A DNA stretch of 64,000 bases, taken from positions 1,408,710 through 1,472,709 of the forward strand of contig OY761614.1 in the NCBI GenBank assembly GCA_963664825.1, read 5' to 3'. A program made the position numbers and the translations under genes. Below, piece after piece: positions 9,183-16,700 of this stretch. Below the pieces are notes generated by a model, which saw only the letters and a list, made by a program, of their open reading frames with translations, was not told the DNA's origin and searched no databases. Every line of letters begins with the position of its first letter. Position 1 is the first letter of the stretch. The stretch is from an uncultured Holophaga sp. Its GTDB lineage: Bacteria; Acidobacteriota; Holophagae; Holophagales; Holophagaceae.

Positions 9183-9211
9183 CCGCCTCTTTTGTCTCAC
9201 AAAAAGGGCGG
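9183..9211 (-). other. imperfect stem-loop between fliD and the first GT paralogue
   Basis: Plus-strand ccgcctcttttgt (9183-9195), loop ctc, acaaaaagggcgg (9199-9211). 11 of 13 positions pair. There is no U-run on the transcribed strand. Confidence 0.35.
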
Positions 9212-9236
9212 ATGTGAGCGGGCTATCACCAAATCC

Positions 9237-10943
9237 TCAGCTCAAGAGAGAAGCGGCGGCTTTCATCTCGGTCATCGTCGACTCCATCTTGTCGAATTGC
9301 TCCTTGAGCGCGGCCTCCTTCTTGTCGAGGCGGGCCTGAGCCACCTCGATCTGGGTGGCCAAATTCGTGTTCTGGGCATCGATGCTGGCCCGAGTCTTTT
9401 CAATGGTTCCCGAGTACGAGGTGAGGCTCGAGATCAGGTCCTGCAGCTTCTGACCCACACCGCGGCTGATGGTCAACGTGCCGCTCCCAGAGGCCGTCAC
9501 AGCCAGACTGAGCCCTTCCAGGGGGGTGCCGGTGGGCCCCAGGAGGGTGCCATTGGTCCCAGTCAGGCCACTGTACGTGGTCCCACCATAGGTCAACGAA
9601 CCGCTCACGGCCCCGCCTGTCCCATAGGTCAGATCAAAATCTACGGCTCCCGTTGAGGTCGCAGTGGTGCCTGAACCGAAGGTGACGGTTCCATTGGTGG
9701 ATGTGCCCGAGAAGGAGAACACCTTGCTTACGGCGTCGGGGTCCTTGTCCAGGGCCGCCTTGAACGCAGTGGTATCCAGGGTAAGGGTGCCATCGGAGTT
9801 GGTCTTGAGGCCGATTTGCCCTGCGGACGTGAACGTGGCCGAGGAGGAGAGTCCATCCGCCCCACTGCCCAGAGTCGTCCGCAACTGGCTAATGACCGAA
9901 CGGGCCACGTAATCACCCGCGAGGGGACCCGATGTGGTGTCACCGGTGTCCGCATCCTTGGTGACGGTCGAAGCATCCTTGTAGGTCTTGATGATTGCAT
10001 TATACTTCGTGACCAGATCCTGGAGAGCAGTCGTTGCCGTCGCCTTATCCTGGGCCACCGTGAGCGTCGTGGCATTGGTGGCATCGCCCTTTTTTAGGGT
10101 GAAGGTGACGCCATCCACCACGTCCTTGACTGTGTTGGTCTGGCGGGTGAGGGCGATACCATTCACAGAAAAGAGCGCGTCCTGGGCGATGCCGCTGCTA
10201 GAAGAGGACAGGCCTCCACTCAACCCCGTGGGCGCAGCGATGGTCCCGGCCAAGGTTCCACTGGTGATGCCCAGGGAAGCAACCACCGTAGTGGCGGTAT
10301 TGCCCGCATCCTCGTTATTGACGGCGGCCAACTCAACCACGCCCCCAGTCGTGCCCGTGCCTGTTTCCTTGGCGGTCACCACCAATTGGTAGGGGTTGGT
10401 TCCTGAGCCGGTATTGATGATCGAGGCCGTGACCCCGGCCCCGGAGGCGTTGATCGCATCCCGCAGCCCGTTGAGACTGTTATTAGTGAGTTTGAAGGCC
10501 TTGACGACACCATCCGTGCCTTTCACGGCAAAGCTTCCGCTAGTGCTGGTCAGGATGGCCGCATTGGGGTCCGAGACAACCATGTTGGTGGGCGTGGAAC
10601 CCAACATGACGGGGCCCAATTTCCCCTTGGTGGCCACCTGGGTGACTTTTACCTCATAGCTGCCCGAGACTGCCCCGGTGGCAGTAGCGGTGGCATAGGT
10701 ATTATCGGCATCCGTGCTGGAAACGGCCTTGGCATTGAGGGCATCGTAAACCTTGGCCATGCTGAGCGTGAGATCCGACAAACCCGTGCGCATGGAATTT
10801 AGTGCAGTGGAACGTGCAGTGTTTGTGGTCTTGCGAGCCTTCAGGCGATCCATAGCCCCACTATCGGCCGAGATGATGGCCGCAACGAGCTTGTCCGTCT
10901 GGAGCCCAGAGGTTACGCCTTGGAAACTAAGGGCTGATGTCAT
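9237..10943 (-). CDS. fliD: flagellar filament cap protein FliD
   Basis: 568 aa with a GGAGGTG RBS. N-terminus SFQGVTSGLQTDKLVAAIISADSGAMDRLKARK and C-terminus ...IDAQNTNLATQIEVAQARLDKKEAALKEQFDKMESTMTEMKAAASLL are the FliD N- and C-terminal domain patterns. The middle is Thr/Gly/Ser-rich. Confidence 0.9.
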   Translation of the reverse strand: MTSALSFQGVTSGLQTDKLVAAIISADSGAMDRLKARKTTNTARSTALNSMRTGLSDLTLSMAKVYDALNAKAVSSTDADNTYATATATGAVSGSYEVKVTQVATKGKLGPVMLGSTPTNMVVSDPNAAILTSTSGSFAVKGTDGVVKAFKLTNNSLNGLRDAINASGAGVTASIINTGSGTNPYQLVVTAKETGTGTTGGVVELAAVNNEDAGNTATTVVASLGITSGTLAGTIAAPTGLSGGLSSSSSGIAQDALFSVNGIALTRQTNTVKDVVDGVTFTLKKGDATNATTLTVAQDKATATTALQDLVTKYNAIIKTYKDASTVTKDADTGDTTSGPLAGDYVARSVISQLRTTLGSGADGLSSSATFTSAGQIGLKTNSDGTLTLDTTAFKAALDKDPDAVSKVFSFSGTSTNGTVTFGSGTTATSTGAVDFDLTYGTGGAVSGSLTYGGTTYSGLTGTNGTLLGPTGTPLEGLSLAVTASGSGTLTISRGVGQKLQDLISSLTSYSGTIEKTRASIDAQNTNLATQIEVAQARLDKKEAALKEQFDKMESTMTEMKAAASLLS

Positions 10944-10982
10944 GACCCACCTCCATCCAGGACATAGACTCCTCGCGGAACC

Positions 10983-11375
10983 TCAGCCTTGTTTGTCCAT
11001 CAGAACACCTGAAGCATCTTTGGTGCCATTTAGTTCCCGCAGTCTCTTAGCCATGGCCAGAACTTCTTCGGAAGGCACCTGACGAATCGTTTTCTGGGTC
11101 TTCGGATCTACCACCTTGAAGTAATACTCCCCGGTTTCCTTATCCACCCCAAACTCGAGATCCCTGGAGGATTGCTGCAGATATTCCTCTACACTCTTGG
11201 CCGCCTCTCGGAGACTGTCCTCAGACATACCCACAGCCTGTTGATCCTCAGCCTTGGGCTTGGATTCAACAGGTCTAGCTTGAAGGGATTTTGACGGAGA
11301 GGTAACAGCGAGAGCCTGCAGTGTCTGGGCCATCCCCGACGCCAAGCCCCCCGTTGGGTCAACTTGAGCGGCCAT
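10983..11375 (-). CDS. flaG: flagellar protein FlaG
   Basis: 130 aa with an AAGGAGG RBS. C-terminal EFGVDKETGEYYFKVVDPKTQKTIRQVPSEEVLAMAKRL matches the FlaG family. Sits between the flagellin gene and fliD. Confidence 0.8.
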   Translation of the reverse strand: MAAQVDPTGGLASGMAQTLQALAVTSPSKSLQARPVESKPKAEDQQAVGMSEDSLREAAKSVEEYLQQSSRDLEFGVDKETGEYYFKVVDPKTQKTIRQVPSEEVLAMAKRLRELNGTKDASGVLMDKQG

Positions 11376-11394
11376 GGAATTCCTCCTTATGATG

Positions 11395-11431
11395 CATCAT
11401 TGGGGACAGGCCTAGCCCGTCCCCAATGATG
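11395..11431 (-). other. 13-bp perfect stem-loop between flagellin stop and flaG RBS (attenuator or mRNA-stabiliser candidate)
   Basis: catcattggggac (11395-11407), 11-nt loop, gtccccaatgatg (11419-11431). Begins 15 nt after the fliC TAG stop. Not followed by a U-tract on the minus strand. Immediately precedes the flaG AAGGAGG. Confidence 0.5.
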
Positions 11432-11445
11432 ATCATAAAACCCGG

Positions 11446-12096
11446 CTACTTGAGGAGGCCCAGGACCGTCTGGCTGGCCGAGTTGGCATTGCTCAGCGCG
11501 CTGGTGCCGGCCTGGCTCAGGATCTGCCACTTGGTGAGCGAAACCACCTCGGCTCCGATATCGGCATCCATGATGTTGCTCATCTGGGCGGTCTTGTTCT
11601 CAGACTCGATGCCGTAGAGGTTGGCATTGGACTGGGCCGTAGCCATGGCGCTGGCGACCGTGGCGCGAGCCGTGGCAATGGCGGTGAGCGCGGTGCTGGC
11701 AGTGGCAAGGTCCGTGACGGCGCTCAAGGTTACGCTGGCCTTGGTCGCAGCTGCCAGGGCCAGAGTGCTGGTGGACGACATCTCGGCCGCGGTCGTATTG
11801 CCGCCGGAAGCCAACTCTACGGCTCGCAGCACAAGGTTGGTGGCCTCGTCCAGATACCCATCCTGAGCGGCGGCGGCATAGTAGTTGTTGTTCTCAATTT
11901 TCCGTTTCTCGGTGGCCACGCGGGAATCGGCGCTGAGGTTATTGGCCTGAGCCAGACCGGTGGCGTCATCGGAAGCGCTGTTGATGCGCTTGCCCGTGGT
12001 CAGCCGCTGGATGGTCTTGGACATCCCGGCATTGGTGATGCCCAACTGACGAGTGGCCTGCAGGGCGGAAACGTTATTGAGAATTGAAGCTGCCAT
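11446..12096 (-). CDS. fliC: flagellin, minimal-length (216 aa)
   Basis: Track ORF 11446..12186 trimmed to the ATG at 12096, which has GGAGGA 4 nt upstream. N-terminus MAASILNNVSALQATRQLGITNAGMSKTIQRLTTGKRINSASDDATGLAQANNL. C-terminus NIMDADIGAEVVSLTKWQILSQAGTSALSNANSASQTVLGLLK. These are canonical flagellin D0/D1 termini. Confidence 0.9.
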   Translation of the reverse strand: MAASILNNVSALQATRQLGITNAGMSKTIQRLTTGKRINSASDDATGLAQANNLSADSRVATEKRKIENNNYYAAAAQDGYLDEATNLVLRAVELASGGNTTAAEMSSTSTLALAAATKASVTLSAVTDLATASTALTAIATARATVASAMATAQSNANLYGIESENKTAQMSNIMDADIGAEVVSLTKWQILSQAGTSALSNANSASQTVLGLLK

Positions 12097-12100
12097 GACA

Positions 12101-12134
12101 TCCTCCGTGATGTGGCTCGGCAGCATCCGTGCTG
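12101..12134 (-). promoter_or_regulatory. flagellin 5' leader: GGA-loop hairpin plus GGAGGA Shine-Dalgarno (CsrA-type dual site candidate)
   Basis: Minus-strand leader reads CAGCA-CGGA-UGCUG (12134-12121), a 5-bp stem with GGA in a 4-nt loop. It is followed 14 nt later by the GGAGGA SD (12106-12101). Confidence 0.4.
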
Positions 12135-12168
12135 CCTGGTTGATGTGGGGAGTCCCCCGACATGACTC

Positions 12169-12195
12169 TCTTCGGGTAATGTCCATGGCTTCTTA
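12169..12195 (-). promoter_or_regulatory. weak sigma28-like promoter candidate for the flagellin gene
   Basis: Minus strand reads TAAG (12195-12192), N15, CCCGAAGA (12176-12169), against TAAA-N15-GCCGATAA. Only a partial -10 match. About 73 nt upstream of the ATG. Confidence 0.3.
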
Positions 12196-12198
12196 AGC

Positions 12199-12207
12199 TT
12201 TTTTTTT
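12199..12207. repeat. T9/A9 homopolymer tract in the fliC / GT2-MT divergent intergenic region
   Basis: Nine consecutive T at 12199-12207 (aagcTTTTTTTTTggg). On the fliC strand this is A9, 3 nt upstream of the candidate -35. Confidence 0.9.
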
Positions 12208-12365
12208 GGGCCAACCAAAAATTCCCGAGCAGTCTGATGGAGAATGATGGGGAATAGACCTCCTCATGGATCTCCTCTTGTTCTGTTCTATTGGCGTACA
12301 CGGGTACGGCTGCCCTCGTTCGCCCGGAGAAGCCTCCGCCCCCCTTACCGGTCCCGGAAAGGCCC

Positions 12366-14249
12366 ATGCCCATGAAACTCCTGGTTGTCATCCCCACATG
12401 GAATCGCGCGGATTACCTGGATAAAGCCATCAGTGCCATTTCTGCCGCCCGCTCCCGTGCTCGAAACTGCCATGTGGAGCTGTTCGTCTCGGATAACTGT
12501 TCATCGGATCACACCTCCGACGTGATGGCTCGATGGCAGGAGATCGGCCCATGGATTCACTACCTCCGCTGGGAAGAACATACAGGCGACTGGGCCGAAA
12601 TTTTGAGAAGGGCCTTCCTGAGCTCTCAACTCGAATATGACTATCTGTGGCTTCAGGGGGATGATGATTACGTTTGCGACACAACAGCGTACATTCAGCT
12701 CCAAGAAGCCCTGATGACCTACACGGAGAATCCACCGGCCCTTGTCCACTGTTGCCAGGCCCGGCGTTCCCTGCCTGGAGATCGGCGCGTTCTCGAAGGC
12801 AACACCGAAGACCTTTGCAATACCTATGGCTGGCATGACCTGCTCGGCTGGGTTTCTAGCCTCGTAATATCCAAGGGAACTGTCGGCCGAATGATGGCCT
12901 CTCCCCAATGGGAGACGCCCGCCCCCTCCGCCTTCATCCATTCAGAGGCCCTGCTCGAGGCAGCCTACGGTCGGACCATGCTTATCCTCACAGCTGGGCT
13001 CATCGACCCCCAGGACGAGCAGCAGACCGCCGAAAGCCTACAACGCTGGGCAGAGGCCAATGTGGGGGAGCGTTACTGGCGCATTATTCCAGGGCTCCTG
13101 AATCTAAGACAGCGTGGCGTTCTGACAACCCCCATGACTCTGGGATTCTTCCGCTACCTCACCGGAACTTTTTGGGATCGCTTCGCAACGGAGGTGATGT
13201 CTCGAGCCTCCATGCCGGACACGCCCGAGGAAGAGCTCCGGAATAAGCTCCGCCTGCTCAGCTTCTTCTCGGTAATGACGGCATCCGGCCAAGATCAGAA
13301 GCTCTACGAGGACTGGTTCGATGGATTCCAGGATGACGTTTGGGAGGTCCGTCGAGCCATTCACTTGATCCAGAAACGCATTGAAGGTTCTACGCGCCCT
13401 TCCCGCTCCTTCAGTCTCCTCACTCCACCATCGGTCAGTAGCCCAACACCGGCAAAGAATGCCATCCATCCGGAATCAACCCTTAACTGTAAATGTTGTG
13501 GCAGCATATCTTCCTACCTCGGTTATCTTGATTTCAACAAATCATGTTCAGATAGAAATGGACGAGTACTCCCACTGAGTGAAGAAAGAGTACCATACTA
13601 TGGATGTCCAAATTGTGGGTTTGTATTTACAAATTACTGCGATAAATGGTCATCCAATGACTTTAAAGAGCTTATTTACAATAAAGAATATTCAAGAGTA
13701 GATTTTGACCCAAATATTGCTGACGGGATAGAAGCTACAATATCTTATAAAAACGGAAAGGCTCTGGCTTCATACCTGGATGGAGGCCAGGGCAAACTCA
13801 GGTTGTTAGATTTTGGCGCGGGCGGAAATCCAGGAACAATGGGACATGCACTTATCGACAGCGGATTTGACGTAACATCCTTCGAACCCTATTTTTCCGA
13901 CACTGCAGACACCTTAAAGCTATCCGGCAAATATGACGTCATTTACGCCATAGAGGTTTTTGAACATTGTCACGATCTGCCTGCTGTACTAAAAATTATA
14001 GATAAATATTTGTCAAATAACGGAATTTTATACTTTTCAACACTTTTGCATCCTTTTCCACCTACTGGAAATGTCCTAGACTCATGGTACATAGCGCCAC
14101 GAAACGGACACGTGTCAATTTTTACAGAACAAGCTATTACAACATTATTTAAACAAATAGGAATCAACATAATGCACCACACTCTGGGCTGGATAGGATT
14201 CAAAAATCCACCCAATTTCCACAACGCTTTTTTTATAGACCATGATTAA
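12366..14249 (+). CDS. fusion protein: family-2 glycosyltransferase + Cys4 zinc-ribbon + class I SAM methyltransferase
   Basis: Track ORF 12291..14249, with ATG at 12366 preferred (GGAAAGG RBS). GT2 part: KLLVVIPTWNRADYLDKAISAI...FVSDNCSSDHT...LQGDDDYV. Zinc ribbon: CKCCGS...CPNCGF. MT part: LRLLDFGAGGNPG...DVTSFEP...YDVIYAIEVFEHCHDL. Confidence 0.75.
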   Translation: MPMKLLVVIPTWNRADYLDKAISAISAARSRARNCHVELFVSDNCSSDHTSDVMARWQEIGPWIHYLRWEEHTGDWAEILRRAFLSSQLEYDYLWLQGDDDYVCDTTAYIQLQEALMTYTENPPALVHCCQARRSLPGDRRVLEGNTEDLCNTYGWHDLLGWVSSLVISKGTVGRMMASPQWETPAPSAFIHSEALLEAAYGRTMLILTAGLIDPQDEQQTAESLQRWAEANVGERYWRIIPGLLNLRQRGVLTTPMTLGFFRYLTGTFWDRFATEVMSRASMPDTPEEELRNKLRLLSFFSVMTASGQDQKLYEDWFDGFQDDVWEVRRAIHLIQKRIEGSTRPSRSFSLLTPPSVSSPTPAKNAIHPESTLNCKCCGSISSYLGYLDFNKSCSDRNGRVLPLSEERVPYYGCPNCGFVFTNYCDKWSSNDFKELIYNKEYSRVDFDPNIADGIEATISYKNGKALASYLDGGQGKLRLLDFGAGGNPGTMGHALIDSGFDVTSFEPYFSDTADTLKLSGKYDVIYAIEVFEHCHDLPAVLKIIDKYLSNNGILYFSTLLHPFPPTGNVLDSWYIAPRNGHVSIFTEQAITTLFKQIGINIMHHTLGWIGFKNPPNFHNAFFIDHD

Positions 14250-14318
14250 TTATTTAAATTATAATTTAGGATACTTTTTGCGGGATCACACTTGCGCTGA
14301 CGCAATTGGGAGCCAATA

Positions 14319-15128
14319 ATGCCTTTCAACGTATGCCAACCCTTCCCCTCCTTCGTAGAACTGACGCCAAGTCGTTATGGCCGCATGCTCTACCCGAAGA
14401 ACGATCAGTACGTGGGACGTTCCTTCAAGGAATACGGAGAGTTCAGTGAAGGTGAGGTCGAAATCTTCACCCACTTTGTCCAGCCGGGGGCCATCGTCCT
14501 GGACGTGGGAGCCAATATCGGCGCCCATACCGTGCCCCTAGCGCAATTAGTCGGACCCGGGGGCGTGGTGGTTGCCTTCGAGCCCCAGCCAGTCCTACAC
14601 CAAATCCTGTGTGCAAACTTGGCGCTCAACAGTATCCCCAATACCCTTACGCACGCCATGGCCCTTGGTGACCGCCAAGGCTCCTGTCAGATACCCTTCC
14701 TGGATTATGCCTCCTCGTTTAATTTTGGAGGCGTGAGCATGGATATGGTAAAGGAGGGAGAAACGGTCCCCATGGGCACGCTGGATGCCTTCCATTTGCA
14801 GCGGATTGATTTCATTAAGCTGGACGTGGAAGGCTTTGAATCCAAGGTTCTGAAGGGAGGCACCAAGACCATCGACCGGTGCCGTCCCGTCATCTACCTT
14901 GAAAACGACCGGGCCGAGAAATCCGCCAACTTGATTCAACTGCTTTTTGAAATGGGCTATCGCCTTTGGTGGCATCGCCCCCCACTCTTCAATCCTGATA
15001 ACTTCAAGGCCAATTCGGAAAACGTCTTCCCGAACATTGGCTCTATGAATATGCTGGGCATTCACCGCGATCAGAAACCAGTGACAGGCCTCAGACCCAT
15101 CCTGACCGCGGAAGATCAATGTCTATGA
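14319..15128 (+). CDS. FkbM-family SAM-dependent methyltransferase
   Basis: 269 aa. VLDVGANIGAHTVPLAQLVGPGGVVVAFEPQP...ALGDRQG...IDFIKLDVEGFESKVLKGG is the FkbM (Methyltransf_21) pattern. Confidence 0.85.
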   Translation: MPFNVCQPFPSFVELTPSRYGRMLYPKNDQYVGRSFKEYGEFSEGEVEIFTHFVQPGAIVLDVGANIGAHTVPLAQLVGPGGVVVAFEPQPVLHQILCANLALNSIPNTLTHAMALGDRQGSCQIPFLDYASSFNFGGVSMDMVKEGETVPMGTLDAFHLQRIDFIKLDVEGFESKVLKGGTKTIDRCRPVIYLENDRAEKSANLIQLLFEMGYRLWWHRPPLFNPDNFKANSENVFPNIGSMNMLGIHRDQKPVTGLRPILTAEDQCL

Positions 15129-15188
15129 AAATTTAAGATATTCACGATTCCAGCACTAAGGCTGAAATCCCGGAGTTGATCACGGGGT

Positions 15189-16556
15189 TCAATCCTTGTC
15201 CTTGCCGCCTCCCAGCATGGCCTTGAATCGATTAAAGAGTCCGCCGGATTCCGAGGGATCGATGTCTTCTTCCTTGAGATTGATTTCGGGAGGAACGGGG
15301 ACAGATGGGTCGAGTTCCAAGGCCTTCTGATAACAGGCCTTGGCGTTGGCCTTGAAGCCCTTTCGGTGATAGACCTCGCCCATGAGGGCCCAGGGCTCGG
15401 CGGCCCTGGGTTTGAGGCGAGAGGCCACCTGGAGGGCCTCGATGGCCCGGGTGGACCAGGCCGGATTAATAAGTCGGTGCTTGCCAAGCAGAAGCCAGGG
15501 TTCGTAGGCATGCTCCGTATCCGGATCCAGCCTCACGCTCTCCTCCAGAAGCCGGATGGCCTCCACGGTCCGGTCCTGCACCAGCAGAGCCTTCGCCTTG
15601 GCAAAGAACTTCCTCGCCCTGAGACTCGAATTCTCCCCAAGGGCCTCGACCTCTTGCAGGGGGATAGATGGGATCTCCCCATAACTGGGGAATGCAACCC
15701 CGGGCGCAGTGTCCTCGACCGAGGGCTCCGGCTCAATGCGAGGGGAGAACTCCAGCGGGGGAAGGGGTGGCGGCACCGCAAGGGGAATCACTGGGGGCGG
15801 AGGCTCCAGCACCAGCGGTTCGGCCACCGGCACCACCTGGGGCATCTCGCCCTGGGAGAGAGTCAGCGCACCCAGGGCCCAGAGGGTCACCAACAGACGC
15901 GCGGCCTCGGCTTCATCCAGGCTATTGAGGGACAGGAAGGTCTCGAAACCCATGGGCTCCCGGCCCAGGAAGGAGAGGGCATAGGCCGTGGAGGGTGTGA
16001 GGGGCAAATCGCTGAGGGACGAGAGGAGATCTGAATGCGCCTCCCAACGCCATTCGCTCTCCTGGAAGAGGAGATCGCAGAGATCGTCCTCATTGTGGGC
16101 CTCGTGGAAGGTGGTCCAGACAAAGTGCCGGTGGTTTACCTGAAAGCGCAGATCATCACTCAGTTGGCGTTGCAGGGCCCCGGGCTTCCACTCCATCTGG
16201 ATGATGGGATGTTCCAAGGCATGGATCATCACCTGCTCCTGGAGGGAACGCAGATGCAGATCCCGCTCTTCAATCGACATCAGGCCCCATTGGATGACCT
16301 TTTCTCCCAACCGGAAGCGTTCCTCGTTGGCGAGCAGCTCGTTCAACGACGGGAAATCCAGGATCCCCTGGCGTAGCAGGTAGTTGCCGAACTGTTCCCC
16401 AGCCACATCGCTCTGGAGGTAGATGATGTTCCCGTCCACCCAATAGAGACGTCGACACCCATCGTTCTGCTCGAGAATGAGCGTGCCCTCGGCCTTCTGC
16501 TGACAGAGGGTTCCCATGATGGCGGGCAGGATCTGGGGTGGATCCGGTCGGGTCAC
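15189..16556 (-). CDS. DUF4388 (PATAN-like) domain protein with Pro-rich linker and C-terminal TPR
   Basis: Track ORF 15189..16901 trimmed because its upstream part overlaps the divergent kinase start. GTG at 16556 has GGAGAA 4 nt upstream. ILPAIMGTLCQQKAEGTLILEQNDGCRRLYWVDGNIIYLQSDVAGEQFGNYLLRQGIL resembles DUF4388. The C-terminus has TPR-like repeats. Confidence 0.6.
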   Translation of the reverse strand: MTRPDPPQILPAIMGTLCQQKAEGTLILEQNDGCRRLYWVDGNIIYLQSDVAGEQFGNYLLRQGILDFPSLNELLANEERFRLGEKVIQWGLMSIEERDLHLRSLQEQVMIHALEHPIIQMEWKPGALQRQLSDDLRFQVNHRHFVWTTFHEAHNEDDLCDLLFQESEWRWEAHSDLLSSLSDLPLTPSTAYALSFLGREPMGFETFLSLNSLDEAEAARLLVTLWALGALTLSQGEMPQVVPVAEPLVLEPPPPVIPLAVPPPLPPLEFSPRIEPEPSVEDTAPGVAFPSYGEIPSIPLQEVEALGENSSLRARKFFAKAKALLVQDRTVEAIRLLEESVRLDPDTEHAYEPWLLLGKHRLINPAWSTRAIEALQVASRLKPRAAEPWALMGEVYHRKGFKANAKACYQKALELDPSVPVPPEINLKEEDIDPSESGGLFNRFKAMLGGGKDKD

Positions 16557-16700
16557 AGGTTCTCCGAAAATGGAATTGACGAGTAAATCATGCAAATAGT
16601 CCTGATATTGACGCGGGAGCGGCCACCCTTGTCTTGGCCCCGCACGGGGTAGGCCGTATTCTTGTTCGTGTTTCCATTTTGCACCGAACCCGGTGGTTTC

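Noticed and set aside
12195-12215. Possible sigma54 promoter (TGGCCC...GC) upstream of fliC
   Set aside because: GG and GC are separated by 12 nt (ccc + A9) instead of the required 10, and the flanking bases do not match TGGCAC-N5-TTGC.
15184-15195. tRNA T-loop-like string ggggttcaatcc
   Set aside because: The flanking bases do not form the 5-bp T-stem or an acceptor stem. It lies in the 3' end of the DUF4388 gene and its spacer.
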